Source of the DNA: a virus
Taxonomy: Duplodnaviria; Heunggongvirae; Uroviricota; Caudoviricetes
Virus record (IMG/VR): IMGVR_UViG_3300026302_000005
Coordinates: 64,001-128,000 of that record
DNA length: 64,000 nt
Reading direction: 5' to 3' (one strand)
Each line of letters opens with the position of its first letter. Within the stretch, counting starts at the first letter, position 1. The position numbers and the translations under genes are program-made. Positions 50,800 through 60,195 of the stretch are shown one piece after another. The notes under the pieces were generated by a model. The model made no database searches and had not been told where the DNA came from. It saw only the letters and a program-made list of their open reading frames with translations.

Positions 50800-53700
50800 A
50801 TGCGCCTACAGACCCTATTGAATAGAAAAATCACGTCTGCTGGCAATTTGCTGGAAACGACTGCTGTTGTCTATCATGGATCGCAACAGGATGAGCCGAT
50901 CTTCACTCATACCCATGTCGGTCATAACAGCACGGTGTTCGGGTCCTATGATGTGACCCGGTATGGAACTTTCTTTTCCAACAACCCGCAGTTCTCGGCT
51001 CTTTACGGCAAGGTTGGGAAATACCAAGTCGAACTCGGTCAGGTTCTTGAAGAAGAAATGATCCTGGAACAGTTGTTCCGTTACGGAATGACGCTGGATG
51101 CCCATGGACCAGAGCGGGAACACTGGCTCAACGTTTCCGGTATCACCCGTCATGGTCGTCCCTGGCAGGCATTTGATGAAGAAATCGGCCAACGATTCGT
51201 CCCGTATCTGATCGAACAGGGATACGATAGTGCCCAATTCACCGAAGATCATGAACATGTCATCGAGCCAAAGGGTATCCCGGTGTGGATCGAATCACTG
51301 ACAACCGTGGTATTCGATCCGTCGCGGATACGACGGCTGTCCCCGCATGTAGACGTGGAGATTACCGCCGATCAATATGAGTCTGCTCCGCCCATCATGG
51401 AGATGCCGGGGTGGATGGACAAGTATCCGAAGCAACCAGCTATCCCTGACCCCATCGACGACATGGATGTGCGGAAATACCGTAGGATCGCCAGCAACGG
51501 AAAGATCGACTTATGGCTGTTCAAAGATGAGATGGATGTTATCATCACTCCGACCGGTAAGTCCGTTCGACAGAACATCGGGTATGTGCGACTTCATAAT
51601 CTGGAAACCTTCTCCGGGTCGAATTCCTATCAGGCCAAGAACTTCGGTTCCACCTATGTGGTCACAGATATCTACCTGGAGCCGGATTACCGTGGTGGCA
51701 CTGGCACGTTCATCTACAAGAGCCTACTACAGCGGGGTCTGACTCTGGCTTCATCCACATCGGTCAACCCCAACAGCCAAGGTGTATGGCGGAAGCTCGT
51801 GGCAGACCCAGAGGTGGCTGTGTGGGCGATGCATCGGCGTGGTTCGACCGCATACCCGCTCAAAGACCAGCGAGGTCGGCTGGAGCCCCAGGTGCCAGTC
51901 GGTGGGGATGATGTCACGTATGAGAACTCCATCTGGTTCGCTTCTATGCAGATCAATCCATTGAATGAAGCCGAGGTCATTCCGTTTAAGCCCAAACCGA
52001 AACAAACACCGATGTCTGAGCCGATGGCCACGTATCAGGATGCCATCCGGGATATGGTAGCACAGTTTGAAGAACGCTTCCGGATCGAGGGAAAGTTCAA
52101 AGCCTATCTAGACCGATACTTGGAGAGTGGGTATGTCCCCACCATCGATCTGTCGGTGGAGATTGACCATGGTCGTCCCACCCCAGAAGAGGCTGCGTTG
52201 TTTCGTAGTGAAAGGCTGAAACCGGATGGATCAACTGGGTGGCACATCTATGACAACCCCGGGGATAGCTCCTGGATGTCTGATGATCATGCATGGGTTC
52301 CGGATGGTAATGGTGGAAAGACCATCAAGCGGGTCAGAAAGACCCCATCGAACATCTACTACACCCCACGGTATTCCACCCTGATCGGGCCCAAAGAGGC
52401 AGAGCAGCTTTGGCAGAACCGCAAGTCTTCCGAGGTAATGCAACGGTATGGTGGATACAACGCCATGACTGGTGGATCGGCCACAGGGTGGACCACTTTT
52501 GCATATGACAAATCTTCGGTATCCAAGGTTGGCGGTCGATATGATATCCGAACCCATAAGGATCACCATAAGCTGTTCCCGAACGGAAAACGCTGGATGT
52601 TGGGATTGACCCAAAGCAGTCCTGGTGACGACTGGTATCAGACTGCACGGGATGAAAACGAGTTCCGCGATCTCATCATGGTCTACAAGATCATTCAGCA
52701 GGCTGAACAGATGAAGCGGCAAGGTGGGGATGTTAAACAGATCGGTATGAACTATCGCCCGCGTGGCACCGACATGCACATCAGCATGGATCGAATGCTG
52801 GGTGAGGCATACGCCGATGCGTCTCTGATGGATCGGAAGAAGTCATTCTTCTCTGATCATGCTCATCTACTAATGCCGATTGTCAAGGGATTGATGAAGA
52901 CAGCGGCACGGCCACTTGTCTATAAGGTTTGGAAGTCTACTCCCAAGGCCGTGATGGGGTTGGCCGCAATTATCAAATTACACCAGTCGGGTGATCCTCA
53001 CCCGTTCATTACACTGACCCAACTTGTCGATATGGAAGTCCCTATGATTTTCATCAAGAGGTTAGCATGGGATTCGGGACTAAGAGACATACCGGGGTTG
53101 GGTAGACAGAGACCCGGCTTGATGCCACATATGATGACAGAAGCTCGGTTCATCCCCACTCAGGGTGATCAACGACACCATCACCACCGGGTGGGTGATG
53201 ATGCCGTGATGGTTTGGATGGACCCCAGGGTATTTTTGAAGCAGGCTCCCGGTATGGGTCCGGGGTATGATCCCGAGCAAGATGAAATGGTTCAACATTG
53301 GGCTGAATGGCTTCGTGATGGTCGTCCACTAGATGGACTTGAACTTGGTGGCGATTCCGGGCATGATGGTCGGCATCGTGCCTGGGGAGCGATTCTCGCA
53401 GGTGTAGCAAAGGTCCCGGTTTACGTTGAACCGGACATGGCTGAGTTCTATGTGGAAAACGAGATGGCTGAACTTACGGAAAGTATCGATAACACAACCG
53501 TTTACCATGTCACAGAACGGTCTGCGGCCAAACAGATTTTGAAATCTGGGTTTCTACCTGGATGGGGCGATCTCGGATACGGGGTGTATTTTTTCGGAAC
53601 TATCGAATCGGCGGAGGAATATGCGACGGATGGTGGATGGGATGGGCGATTGAAGTCCCCGACCATCCTGGCCGTTCGTGATGCTCGTATACAACAGGTT

Positions 53701-53826
53701 ACTGCGGCTGATATGGACCCGTCATGGGACCCCAATTACTATGGTGATATGTGGTGGGTCCAACTAGAAGACACCGGCGATGACGACTACTGGGTTCCGC
53801 AATTCGTGGAGCCTGCATTCAAATGA
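50800..53826 (+). CDS. Polyvalent multi-domain protein (ART-like, GNAT, two unknown, ParB/Srx-like, ART-like)
   Basis: VYHGS..GTFFS..GYDS; IYLEPDYRGG.G..IYK...S..VW..L; DGRHRA....AG...VPV; VYHVT..SGF..GYGVYF. TAAATA at 50778. Confidence 0.7.
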   Translation: MRLQTLLNRKITSAGNLLETTAVVYHGSQQDEPIFTHTHVGHNSTVFGSYDVTRYGTFFSNNPQFSALYGKVGKYQVELGQVLEEEMILEQLFRYGMTLDAHGPEREHWLNVSGITRHGRPWQAFDEEIGQRFVPYLIEQGYDSAQFTEDHEHVIEPKGIPVWIESLTTVVFDPSRIRRLSPHVDVEITADQYESAPPIMEMPGWMDKYPKQPAIPDPIDDMDVRKYRRIASNGKIDLWLFKDEMDVIITPTGKSVRQNIGYVRLHNLETFSGSNSYQAKNFGSTYVVTDIYLEPDYRGGTGTFIYKSLLQRGLTLASSTSVNPNSQGVWRKLVADPEVAVWAMHRRGSTAYPLKDQRGRLEPQVPVGGDDVTYENSIWFASMQINPLNEAEVIPFKPKPKQTPMSEPMATYQDAIRDMVAQFEERFRIEGKFKAYLDRYLESGYVPTIDLSVEIDHGRPTPEEAALFRSERLKPDGSTGWHIYDNPGDSSWMSDDHAWVPDGNGGKTIKRVRKTPSNIYYTPRYSTLIGPKEAEQLWQNRKSSEVMQRYGGYNAMTGGSATGWTTFAYDKSSVSKVGGRYDIRTHKDHHKLFPNGKRWMLGLTQSSPGDDWYQTARDENEFRDLIMVYKIIQQAEQMKRQGGDVKQIGMNYRPRGTDMHISMDRMLGEAYADASLMDRKKSFFSDHAHLLMPIVKGLMKTAARPLVYKVWKSTPKAVMGLAAIIKLHQSGDPHPFITLTQLVDMEVPMIFIKRLAWDSGLRDIPGLGRQRPGLMPHMMTEARFIPTQGDQRHHHHRVGDDAVMVWMDPRVFLKQAPGMGPGYDPEQDEMVQHWAEWLRDGRPLDGLELGGDSGHDGRHRAWGAILAGVAKVPVYVEPDMAEFYVENEMAELTESIDNTTVYHVTERSAAKQILKSGFLPGWGDLGYGVYFFGTIESAEEYATDGGWDGRLKSPTILAVRDARIQQVTAADMDPSWDPNYYGDMWWVQLEDTGDDDYWVPQFVEPAFK

Positions 53827-54179
53827 AATTGACTGAACTCGTCCCTGCTACCAAAACCGTCTACCACGTTACCTTTGCTCGCAATCTTCGTGAGATCAAG
53901 GTTCAGGGCCTGGAGCCCCGGATCGGAAAGAACAGTAAGGCTATCGGTGAGAAGCAGCCTGGTGTTCATGTGTTCTTCGATTGGGAATCCATGGAGGATG
54001 CTGCCACCAACTGGGATATGGACTGGCATGAGGATGAAGATGAAGAGCTTGTCGTGCTGGCTCTAAAGGTTCCTGCCGATTGGGTTCGTTCCCATTGGGA
54101 GACCTTCAATACCGGCACCGGCATCATCATGCAGTCGGTGCCCCCAAGTATGATTCGCGTGGTCAAGAGAAACTTCTAA
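53823..54179 (+). CDS. MKLTEL-leader single ART-like (Tpt1/Arr-like) domain
   Basis: VYHVT..NL..I...GL.P...GVHVF...VPP..I. Confidence 0.65.
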   Translation: MKLTELVPATKTVYHVTFARNLREIKVQGLEPRIGKNSKAIGEKQPGVHVFFDWESMEDAATNWDMDWHEDEDEELVVLALKVPADWVRSHWETFNTGTGIIMQSVPPSMIRVVKRNF

Positions 54180-54241
54180 CAATAGCTTGCATACTAACAT
54201 CACTGGTGTTAGTATCATCCATCACTGTTAGGATCATCGCC

Positions 54242-54700
54242 ATGCCGATTACATTCACCAAGGTATCCCTGCCGTTTGGATGGCTCGGAAACATGTCTCC
54301 CCATCCCGTGGTGGTTGATGGCCACCGGTGGCACACGGCTGAACATGCATTCCAGGCCCACCGGTTTCCATCCGATCACATGATCTGGGACGTGATCAAG
54401 AACACCAAGAGTCCTATGGCCGCAAAGATGCTGGTCAAGAACGTCGCTCAGGATATGCAGATCATACCTGGGTCCGATGAGGATTTCCATCTGATGGAGT
54501 ATGTGGTTCATCAAAAAGCGATCCAGAACGATCTGATCAAGCCGCTGCTGGCTACCGGTGATGAGGTTCTGATCGAAGACGTCACCCGTCGTCCTCACGG
54601 TCGCAATATGATCTGGGGGATGGCTCTGATCGATGGTCAGTGGGTTGGTGAGAACCGGCTCGGAAATATCTGGATGGCCTTACGTTCGTCTTTTTCTTGA
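54242..54700 (+). CDS. NADAR (YbiA-like) hydrolase
   Basis: FGWLGNM, W.TAEHAFQA.RF, P..AK, LLATGD..LIE, WG and GENRLG...M..R motifs. Confidence 0.88.
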   Translation: MPITFTKVSLPFGWLGNMSPHPVVVDGHRWHTAEHAFQAHRFPSDHMIWDVIKNTKSPMAAKMLVKNVAQDMQIIPGSDEDFHLMEYVVHQKAIQNDLIKPLLATGDEVLIEDVTRRPHGRNMIWGMALIDGQWVGENRLGNIWMALRSSFS

Positions 54701-54725
54701 CAAACATGATTCAGGCTGATATGGT
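54697..54725 (+). promoter_or_regulatory. Sigma70-type early promoter with GANTC in the spacer
   Basis: TTGACA-aacATGATTCaggctga-TATGGT. Confidence 0.65.
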
Positions 54726-54751
54726 GGTCTTCAACAGACGAGGAGACTGCC

Positions 54752-55012
54752 ATGCGTATCATGTATCCCAGCTACTTCCTGCCACGTGATTCCAAGTCCT
54801 ACAAGGCTATGGTTGTGGTTGTTCCGTCGGCGAATGATGTCTTTCGTGTGAAGACGTATCGGTTGGTGGCCACGTCCTGGCGCTTTCCCTTCGCATGGAT
54901 GGCGACTGTTGTGGCACTCGCATTCATGATCGCCAACCCGCGTCGATATTCTATGGCCCATGAACTGGCCCAGAAGCATCTGATCGATGCCACATTTCAA
55001 CCTGCAACCTAA
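54752..55012 (+). CDS. Small hypothetical protein
   Basis: GAGGAG SD. Confidence 0.55.
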   Translation: MRIMYPSYFLPRDSKSYKAMVVVVPSANDVFRVKTYRLVATSWRFPFAWMATVVALAFMIANPRRYSMAHELAQKHLIDATFQPAT

Positions 55013-55023
55013 AGGACCCCATC

Positions 55024-55380
55024 ATGCTTGACGTGCAAGAATCCTATCGAGCCGCCTCTGTGGCCGCAGAACAAGAACGCCGCATCCGTCGTCTGTTTTC
55101 GGCGGTCGTGATGGAAGCTCTTGACGAGGCTATCGAGGATGACATCAAATTCTCCCCTGACAACGCTCCCACCAGTGGTCCCGACAAGCTGATACGCCGC
55201 TACAATGTCGGTCGTGATGATTTGCTTCGGTGGGCCGAAAGTGCGGATGGCCGTATGGTTCTGACGCTGGCCGGTATCGAGCCGGGGCCGCGAACTGCTG
55301 CAAATCTGGTGGCATTCGTCGAGCGGGGCGTTCGCACGGCAGTGGCTCTTTCCGCCGTGGCTCATGAAAAAGCCAGTTGA
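55024..55380 (+). CDS. Host-like conserved Rhodobacteraceae protein (DUF6280-like)
   Basis: R.LFSAVV..ALD.AI.DD.K...RWA.S.DGR.VL..AGI.P...FV.RGVRTAVALS; family recalled from memory. Confidence 0.65.
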   Translation: MLDVQESYRAASVAAEQERRIRRLFSAVVMEALDEAIEDDIKFSPDNAPTSGPDKLIRRYNVGRDDLLRWAESADGRMVLTLAGIEPGPRTAANLVAFVERGVRTAVALSAVAHEKAS

Positions 55381-55425
55381 CGCCCTACGGATTATCTGAT
55401 ACGCACGAACAAAAGGGAGATCGAC

Positions 55426-55704
55426 ATGCTCGAATGTATCGCAATTGCCGGGGCACTGTTTGTGCATGTGGCCCATGACCCGATGACCGGGGTCACAACC
55501 ACAGGCACCACGGCGTGGGAATTTGTCATGCCGTTGGAAGAAACGGTGATAACGCTGCAATCTGATCCTGCGGATCGATCAGTTCCCATCAAGGTGTATT
55601 TCTCCAACAAGGACTATGGTTCGATCCCGGTGGAACTGACCCACATCAAGTTCCCGGGATGGAATTTGTCTGATTTCATCGCATCGTGTCCGGTGACAGA
55701 ATGA
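55426..55704 (+). CDS. Hypothetical protein
   Basis: GGGAG SD. Confidence 0.55.
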   Translation: MLECIAIAGALFVHVAHDPMTGVTTTGTTAWEFVMPLEETVITLQSDPADRSVPIKVYFSNKDYGSIPVELTHIKFPGWNLSDFIASCPVTE

Positions 55705-56552
55705 GCAAGCATCCAGACGAGTTCGGGGATCGGATGAAGCAATTCGAGGGCGTCGAGGCTCAACGTCGTTTCATGCCGGGGTTGCCGATCTGTGCCAGGA
55801 TCGACGGGCGGGGATTCAGCAAGTTCACCCGTGGGTTCGAGAAGCCATTTGATCAACATCTGGCCAATGCCATGCGAAAAACGACCTCATGGTTAGTCGA
55901 AGAGACGCATGCCGCCGTCGGCTATACCCAGTCGGATGAGATCAGTCTGGTTTTCACCCCCAACACGGATGATAGTCAGGGCTTCTTCGCCGGTCGCATT
56001 CAGAAGCTGGCCAGCGTGTTGGCGAGCATGGCCACGGTGAGTTTCAACCATGTCATGATGGAGACGCACGAAGAGATCGTTCGGAAGCGTATGCCGCTGT
56101 TCGATGCTCGTGTATGGCAGGTTCCGTCCATGGCTGAGGCTACCAACACCTTGTTGTGGCGAGCGATGGATGCCAAGAAAAACGGCATTTCGTCGGCCTG
56201 CCGCAGTATGTTCTCGGCCAAGGCCATGCACGGAAAATCACAGCGTGATATGCTGGAGATGATGGATCAGGCTGGGTGCTATTACCTGGATGTCTATCCG
56301 TGGCAGGATCGACTCGGGGTATTCTTCCGCCGTGAAACCTTCCAGGCGGAAATCGAACAGGCCGTGTGGGAACAGATTCCGGAGCGGTCTCATGCAACGA
56401 TGGGCCGGATGGTTACTCGCAGTCGGGTGGTTCCACTGGAAATCACACGACCTCTCAGCGAAGTATATGATCGCCCGGGTGTCCTCTTCGGGAACACCAG
56501 GATCGAATATGCCGGTGAGGGACACATTACCCTGGACCCGCGACAGGACTGA
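55701..56552 (+). CDS. Thg1-like 3'-5' nucleotidyltransferase
   Basis: RIDGRGFSKFT, YTQSDEISL, FFAGRIQKLAS, FDARV and WR..DA.KN motifs. Confidence 0.92.
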   Translation: MSKHPDEFGDRMKQFEGVEAQRRFMPGLPICARIDGRGFSKFTRGFEKPFDQHLANAMRKTTSWLVEETHAAVGYTQSDEISLVFTPNTDDSQGFFAGRIQKLASVLASMATVSFNHVMMETHEEIVRKRMPLFDARVWQVPSMAEATNTLLWRAMDAKKNGISSACRSMFSAKAMHGKSQRDMLEMMDQAGCYYLDVYPWQDRLGVFFRRETFQAEIEQAVWEQIPERSHATMGRMVTRSRVVPLEITRPLSEVYDRPGVLFGNTRIEYAGEGHITLDPRQD

Positions 56553-56611
56553 AAATATTAACGTGGTTTTTGGACACCTCCACTGCCTAAATACGGCTGT
56601 GGGGGTGCTCT

Positions 56612-57439
56612 ATGGCCGCTTTGAAACGCAAACCATTCTTCTATGACGCACAGATGAAGCGTATGCTGGTCCAGCTTATGGCTGGATTTTCCGGGTATCA
56701 GGTGATGACCGGTTTGCAGCGAGATGGATCGCCGAAGTTCATTGATGTCCCGATCATCTACGGAGACATGTCACGGGTTGCGGGATACGTTCTCGGACCT
56801 CGTGGTGATCAGGACAATTCCACCAACAGTCTACCGATCATGGCCCTGTATATGACATCCTTGCAGCAGGCACAGGATCGTCGTCAGGCACCGCAGCACG
56901 TCGAGCGATACAACTACATCGAGCGGGCGAAAGACCCGGATGGGAATATTCTGACGGGTGAGCCCGGGAAGAAGAAGACGGTTGAGCGGTTCATGCCGGT
57001 CCCGTATGAACTGGGGATCGAGGTTTCGATCTGGGCCAGTAATAACGACCAGGGTCTTCAACTGGTCGAACAGATCAGCACGGTATTCAATCCAGACATG
57101 GAAATCCAACTCAGCAATAGTCCTGCTGACTGGATTTTTCTGACGTCGTTGATTTTCGAAGGCACAGTCAATATGGAGAAGGTGGTTCCGTCCGGTGGTG
57201 ACACCGATCCGGTCTACGTGTTCCGTCTGGGGTTCTCGACGATTGTCTGGATGAGCCCACCCGCGAAGGTCTATGACACCAAATACATCTACCGAATTCA
57301 CGTTCCAATCCTGGAGCTTGAAGAGGATTTGGACTTCGACACTATGGGCCAGCTTGATGGTCTGGTGATCGAGGCGAATGAGGACGACATCAGCCTATTT
57401 GAAAGCTTGGGGCCAGGAATGACCCCAAGTAGCATTTAA
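56612..57439 (+). CDS. gp15: Tail terminator / sheath stabiliser (T4 gp15-like)
   Basis: FFYDAQ, VP..YGD, ERFMPVPY, EQI...FNP and W.SPPAKV motifs; TAAATA at 56588. Confidence 0.85.
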   Translation: MAALKRKPFFYDAQMKRMLVQLMAGFSGYQVMTGLQRDGSPKFIDVPIIYGDMSRVAGYVLGPRGDQDNSTNSLPIMALYMTSLQQAQDRRQAPQHVERYNYIERAKDPDGNILTGEPGKKKTVERFMPVPYELGIEVSIWASNNDQGLQLVEQISTVFNPDMEIQLSNSPADWIFLTSLIFEGTVNMEKVVPSGGDTDPVYVFRLGFSTIVWMSPPAKVYDTKYIYRIHVPILELEEDLDFDTMGQLDGLVIEANEDDISLFESLGPGMTPSSI

Positions 57440-57494
57440 CCTATGAGTTTGATCTAAATACCTGAGCAATCTCGATGGCGAGAGGAAAAGAACA

Positions 57495-59855
57495 ATGCCA
57501 ACTTTGACATCCCCCGGCGTAGCGGTTTACGTGAATGACCAGTCGATCTACTCGGAGCCGAATCCGACAACGATCCCACTGGTCATCATTGCGACCCGTG
57601 CCAACAAAACGACCCCCGATGGGGCTGGAACTGCTCGTGGCACGACCGAGGCGAACAAGCTCCGCGTGGTTGGCTCGCAGCGTGAACTTCTCCAGAACTA
57701 CGGAAACCCGGTGTTCGTATCCTCGTCCGGGGAGCCGGTTCCTGGAGAGGAAACCAACGAGGTTGGTCTTCTTGGCCTCCACACGTTCCTGGGACGCGGT
57801 TCCAGGGCCTTCATCATTCGTGCCGACATCGATCTGGCCGGATTGGTTCCCACCACTCAGGAGCCCGTTCTGCCGCCCCCGGATGGAACACATTGGGTGA
57901 AGAATACTGCTGTCGTCGGTGGTATCTTCCAACGTGTCGCCGGTCAGTGGGTTGCACAGCCTTTCAGCGTCTATACGACCACTCCTGGAAACGCCGATGG
58001 TGTTGATGGAGACTGGGCATTCGACTACTCCAACCTGGATGGAACTATCCGGTTCAAGTCCGGTGGTATCTGGAGAGCCGCAACCAACGCCAACCTGGCC
58101 GCACAGATTGCACCAACCAGCAACCTACATGTCCAGCCAACTTCACCGACTGGTGTTCAGAACAACGATTTCTGGTATAAGACGACCTCTTCTGCTGGCG
58201 GAACCAATTTGTTCCTGACTCGTTATCGTGCAGTCGATGGTGTCTTTGTGACGGTTCCGATCATTCGTCAAAACGTCGCTCCGACACCGAATCAGGGAAC
58301 GGTATGGGAAGACCTGTCCACGATCAACTTCGATGGTCGTCGCCCGCTGTATATCGGAACGGGTTCAGCTTTCATCCCACTGCCGTTCGTGGTTCAACCG
58401 CTTGAGCCGGTAACCGAGCCGACCGCTGGTGTTCTGTGGTATGACGATACCTTTACGGATTTCGCTCTCTACGTCGAAGGAACTGACTTCGGTCGCGGCG
58501 ATCAGTGGGTCCCGGTGACCACGACAAACGTCAGCAACCCGACCGCAAGCCAGAAGGTCATCTCGGCCAGCCCGCCTCAATTCCCCCAGGATGGTGCGAT
58601 CTGGGTGGACATCTCCACTCCGCAAGCATTCGACTACTACCCCATCATCATGCGTTGGCAGTCTGGACAATGGGTGGACATCACCGATAGCGTTCAGATT
58701 GGTCCAGAAGACCCGATTGCTGGAGCCGTTCTGAACGGAACCTACTGGCTGAACACCGGCGAATCGATCACCCGCAACACGGTGAAGGTCTATGACCCGA
58801 ACTTTACGGCTGTGACCGTTCAGTTGATCTCCAACGTCTATACCGTTGTGCCGCAGACTGGCAACTTCTGGTATCCGAACGCTGGCACCAAGTTTGGCCG
58901 TCGTGCTGTTCGCGATATCATCGTGGAGAAGATGCAGGAATCCATCATCATCAACCAGGAAATCCGTGCCGAAGCCAACTACTTCCAGTTGATCGCGGCT
59001 CCTGGATATCCGGAACTCTACTCCGAGATGATCTCTCTGAACATCGATAACGGCGAGACTGCGTTTGTTGTGGCTGATACTCCGAAGTTCATGATTTCCA
59101 CCGGGGTCCCGGTTGGTCGTGAAATCACCGCAGCCGAATGGGCAACCAACACGAACAACGTGACTGAGACCGGCGAAGATGGATTCTCCTCTGGCCGCTC
59201 GCCTTATGCTGGCTTCTGGTATCCGTGGGGCAATGCCACCAACGTTACCGGGGAAACAGTGTTTGTTCCGCCGTCACACATGGCACTGCGAACCATTGCC
59301 TATTCCGACAGCGTTGCAGCCCCGTGGTTCCCACCGGCTGGCCTCAATCGTGGTCGAGTGGACAATGCCGAGTCTGTGGGCTATCTGAACAACAATGGTG
59401 AGTATACACCGGTTCAGCTTACCAACAGCATGCGGAACGTGCTCTACGAAAACGACATCAACCCGATCATGTTCAAGCCGAACACTGGCCTGGTTGTGTT
59501 TGGTCAGAAGTCCTGGGCAGCAACTGCATCGGCTCTTGACCGTGTGAACGTCGCTCGTTTGATCGCCAAGATGAAGTATGACCTCCAGCGGCTGTTGGAA
59601 CCGTTCCTGTTCGAAATCAACGATCCGATCACTCGTCGGTCGGCTCAGGTTGCGACTGAACGGTATCTGGCCGGTCTGAAATCGCTTCGGGCTCTCTACG
59701 ACTATGCCGCACGATGCGACGAGTCGAACAACACCCCGGACAAGATCGACCGCAATGAGATGTGGGTTGACGTGGCTATCCAACCGGCCAAGTCCATCGA
59801 ATTCATCTACGTGCCGATCACTGTTCTGAACACCGGCGAAGACTTCCCGTTCTGA
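57495..59855 (+). CDS. gp18: Tail sheath protein (T4 gp18-like)
   Basis: L.SPGV, APGYPE, PWFPPAG..RG, INPI, SALDRVNVARL and AIQPAKSIEFIYVP motifs. Confidence 0.93.
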   Translation: MPTLTSPGVAVYVNDQSIYSEPNPTTIPLVIIATRANKTTPDGAGTARGTTEANKLRVVGSQRELLQNYGNPVFVSSSGEPVPGEETNEVGLLGLHTFLGRGSRAFIIRADIDLAGLVPTTQEPVLPPPDGTHWVKNTAVVGGIFQRVAGQWVAQPFSVYTTTPGNADGVDGDWAFDYSNLDGTIRFKSGGIWRAATNANLAAQIAPTSNLHVQPTSPTGVQNNDFWYKTTSSAGGTNLFLTRYRAVDGVFVTVPIIRQNVAPTPNQGTVWEDLSTINFDGRRPLYIGTGSAFIPLPFVVQPLEPVTEPTAGVLWYDDTFTDFALYVEGTDFGRGDQWVPVTTTNVSNPTASQKVISASPPQFPQDGAIWVDISTPQAFDYYPIIMRWQSGQWVDITDSVQIGPEDPIAGAVLNGTYWLNTGESITRNTVKVYDPNFTAVTVQLISNVYTVVPQTGNFWYPNAGTKFGRRAVRDIIVEKMQESIIINQEIRAEANYFQLIAAPGYPELYSEMISLNIDNGETAFVVADTPKFMISTGVPVGREITAAEWATNTNNVTETGEDGFSSGRSPYAGFWYPWGNATNVTGETVFVPPSHMALRTIAYSDSVAAPWFPPAGLNRGRVDNAESVGYLNNNGEYTPVQLTNSMRNVLYENDINPIMFKPNTGLVVFGQKSWAATASALDRVNVARLIAKMKYDLQRLLEPFLFEINDPITRRSAQVATERYLAGLKSLRALYDYAARCDESNNTPDKIDRNEMWVDVAIQPAKSIEFIYVPITVLNTGEDFPF

Positions 59856-59856
59856 T

Positions 59857-60090
59857 ATGTTTAGTCCATCGGAACGGGCTACCATAGAGGAAGTCTACGA
59901 TCAATACGACCTTGGCATACCTTTTGAACAAGCGTATGCCAGGGTCGTGAACTACGTGAGACAAAACCTCAAAGGTCGGCCTGCTCCTAAAGCCTATGAT
60001 GCTGCCCATCATGTTTTCAGTTCCATCAAGAATAACCAGGATGAGTTGGCTGAAATACACGACATACAGCGACGGGCTGGTATCAAGTAG
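59857..60090 (+). CDS. Small late protein
   Basis: Immediately follows the sheath gene. Its C-terminal IQRRAGIK resembles the scaffold's C-terminal IRRLAG. Confidence 0.55.
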   Translation: MFSPSERATIEEVYDQYDLGIPFEQAYARVVNYVRQNLKGRPAPKAYDAAHHVFSSIKNNQDELAEIHDIQRRAGIK

Positions 60091-60117
60091 AACGACACCA
60101 CATTTTGTGCAAGATAG

Positions 60118-60147
60118 AGGCCCCCAGACCCATTGGGGGCCTTTGTT
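60118..60147 (+). terminator. Terminator hairpin
   Basis: AGGCCCCCA-N7-TGGGGGCCTTTGTT. Confidence 0.65.
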
Positions 60148-60195
60148 CGTATTCGGGCCGACCATTCGATAAATATTCGTATGGGGGTTCCAATC

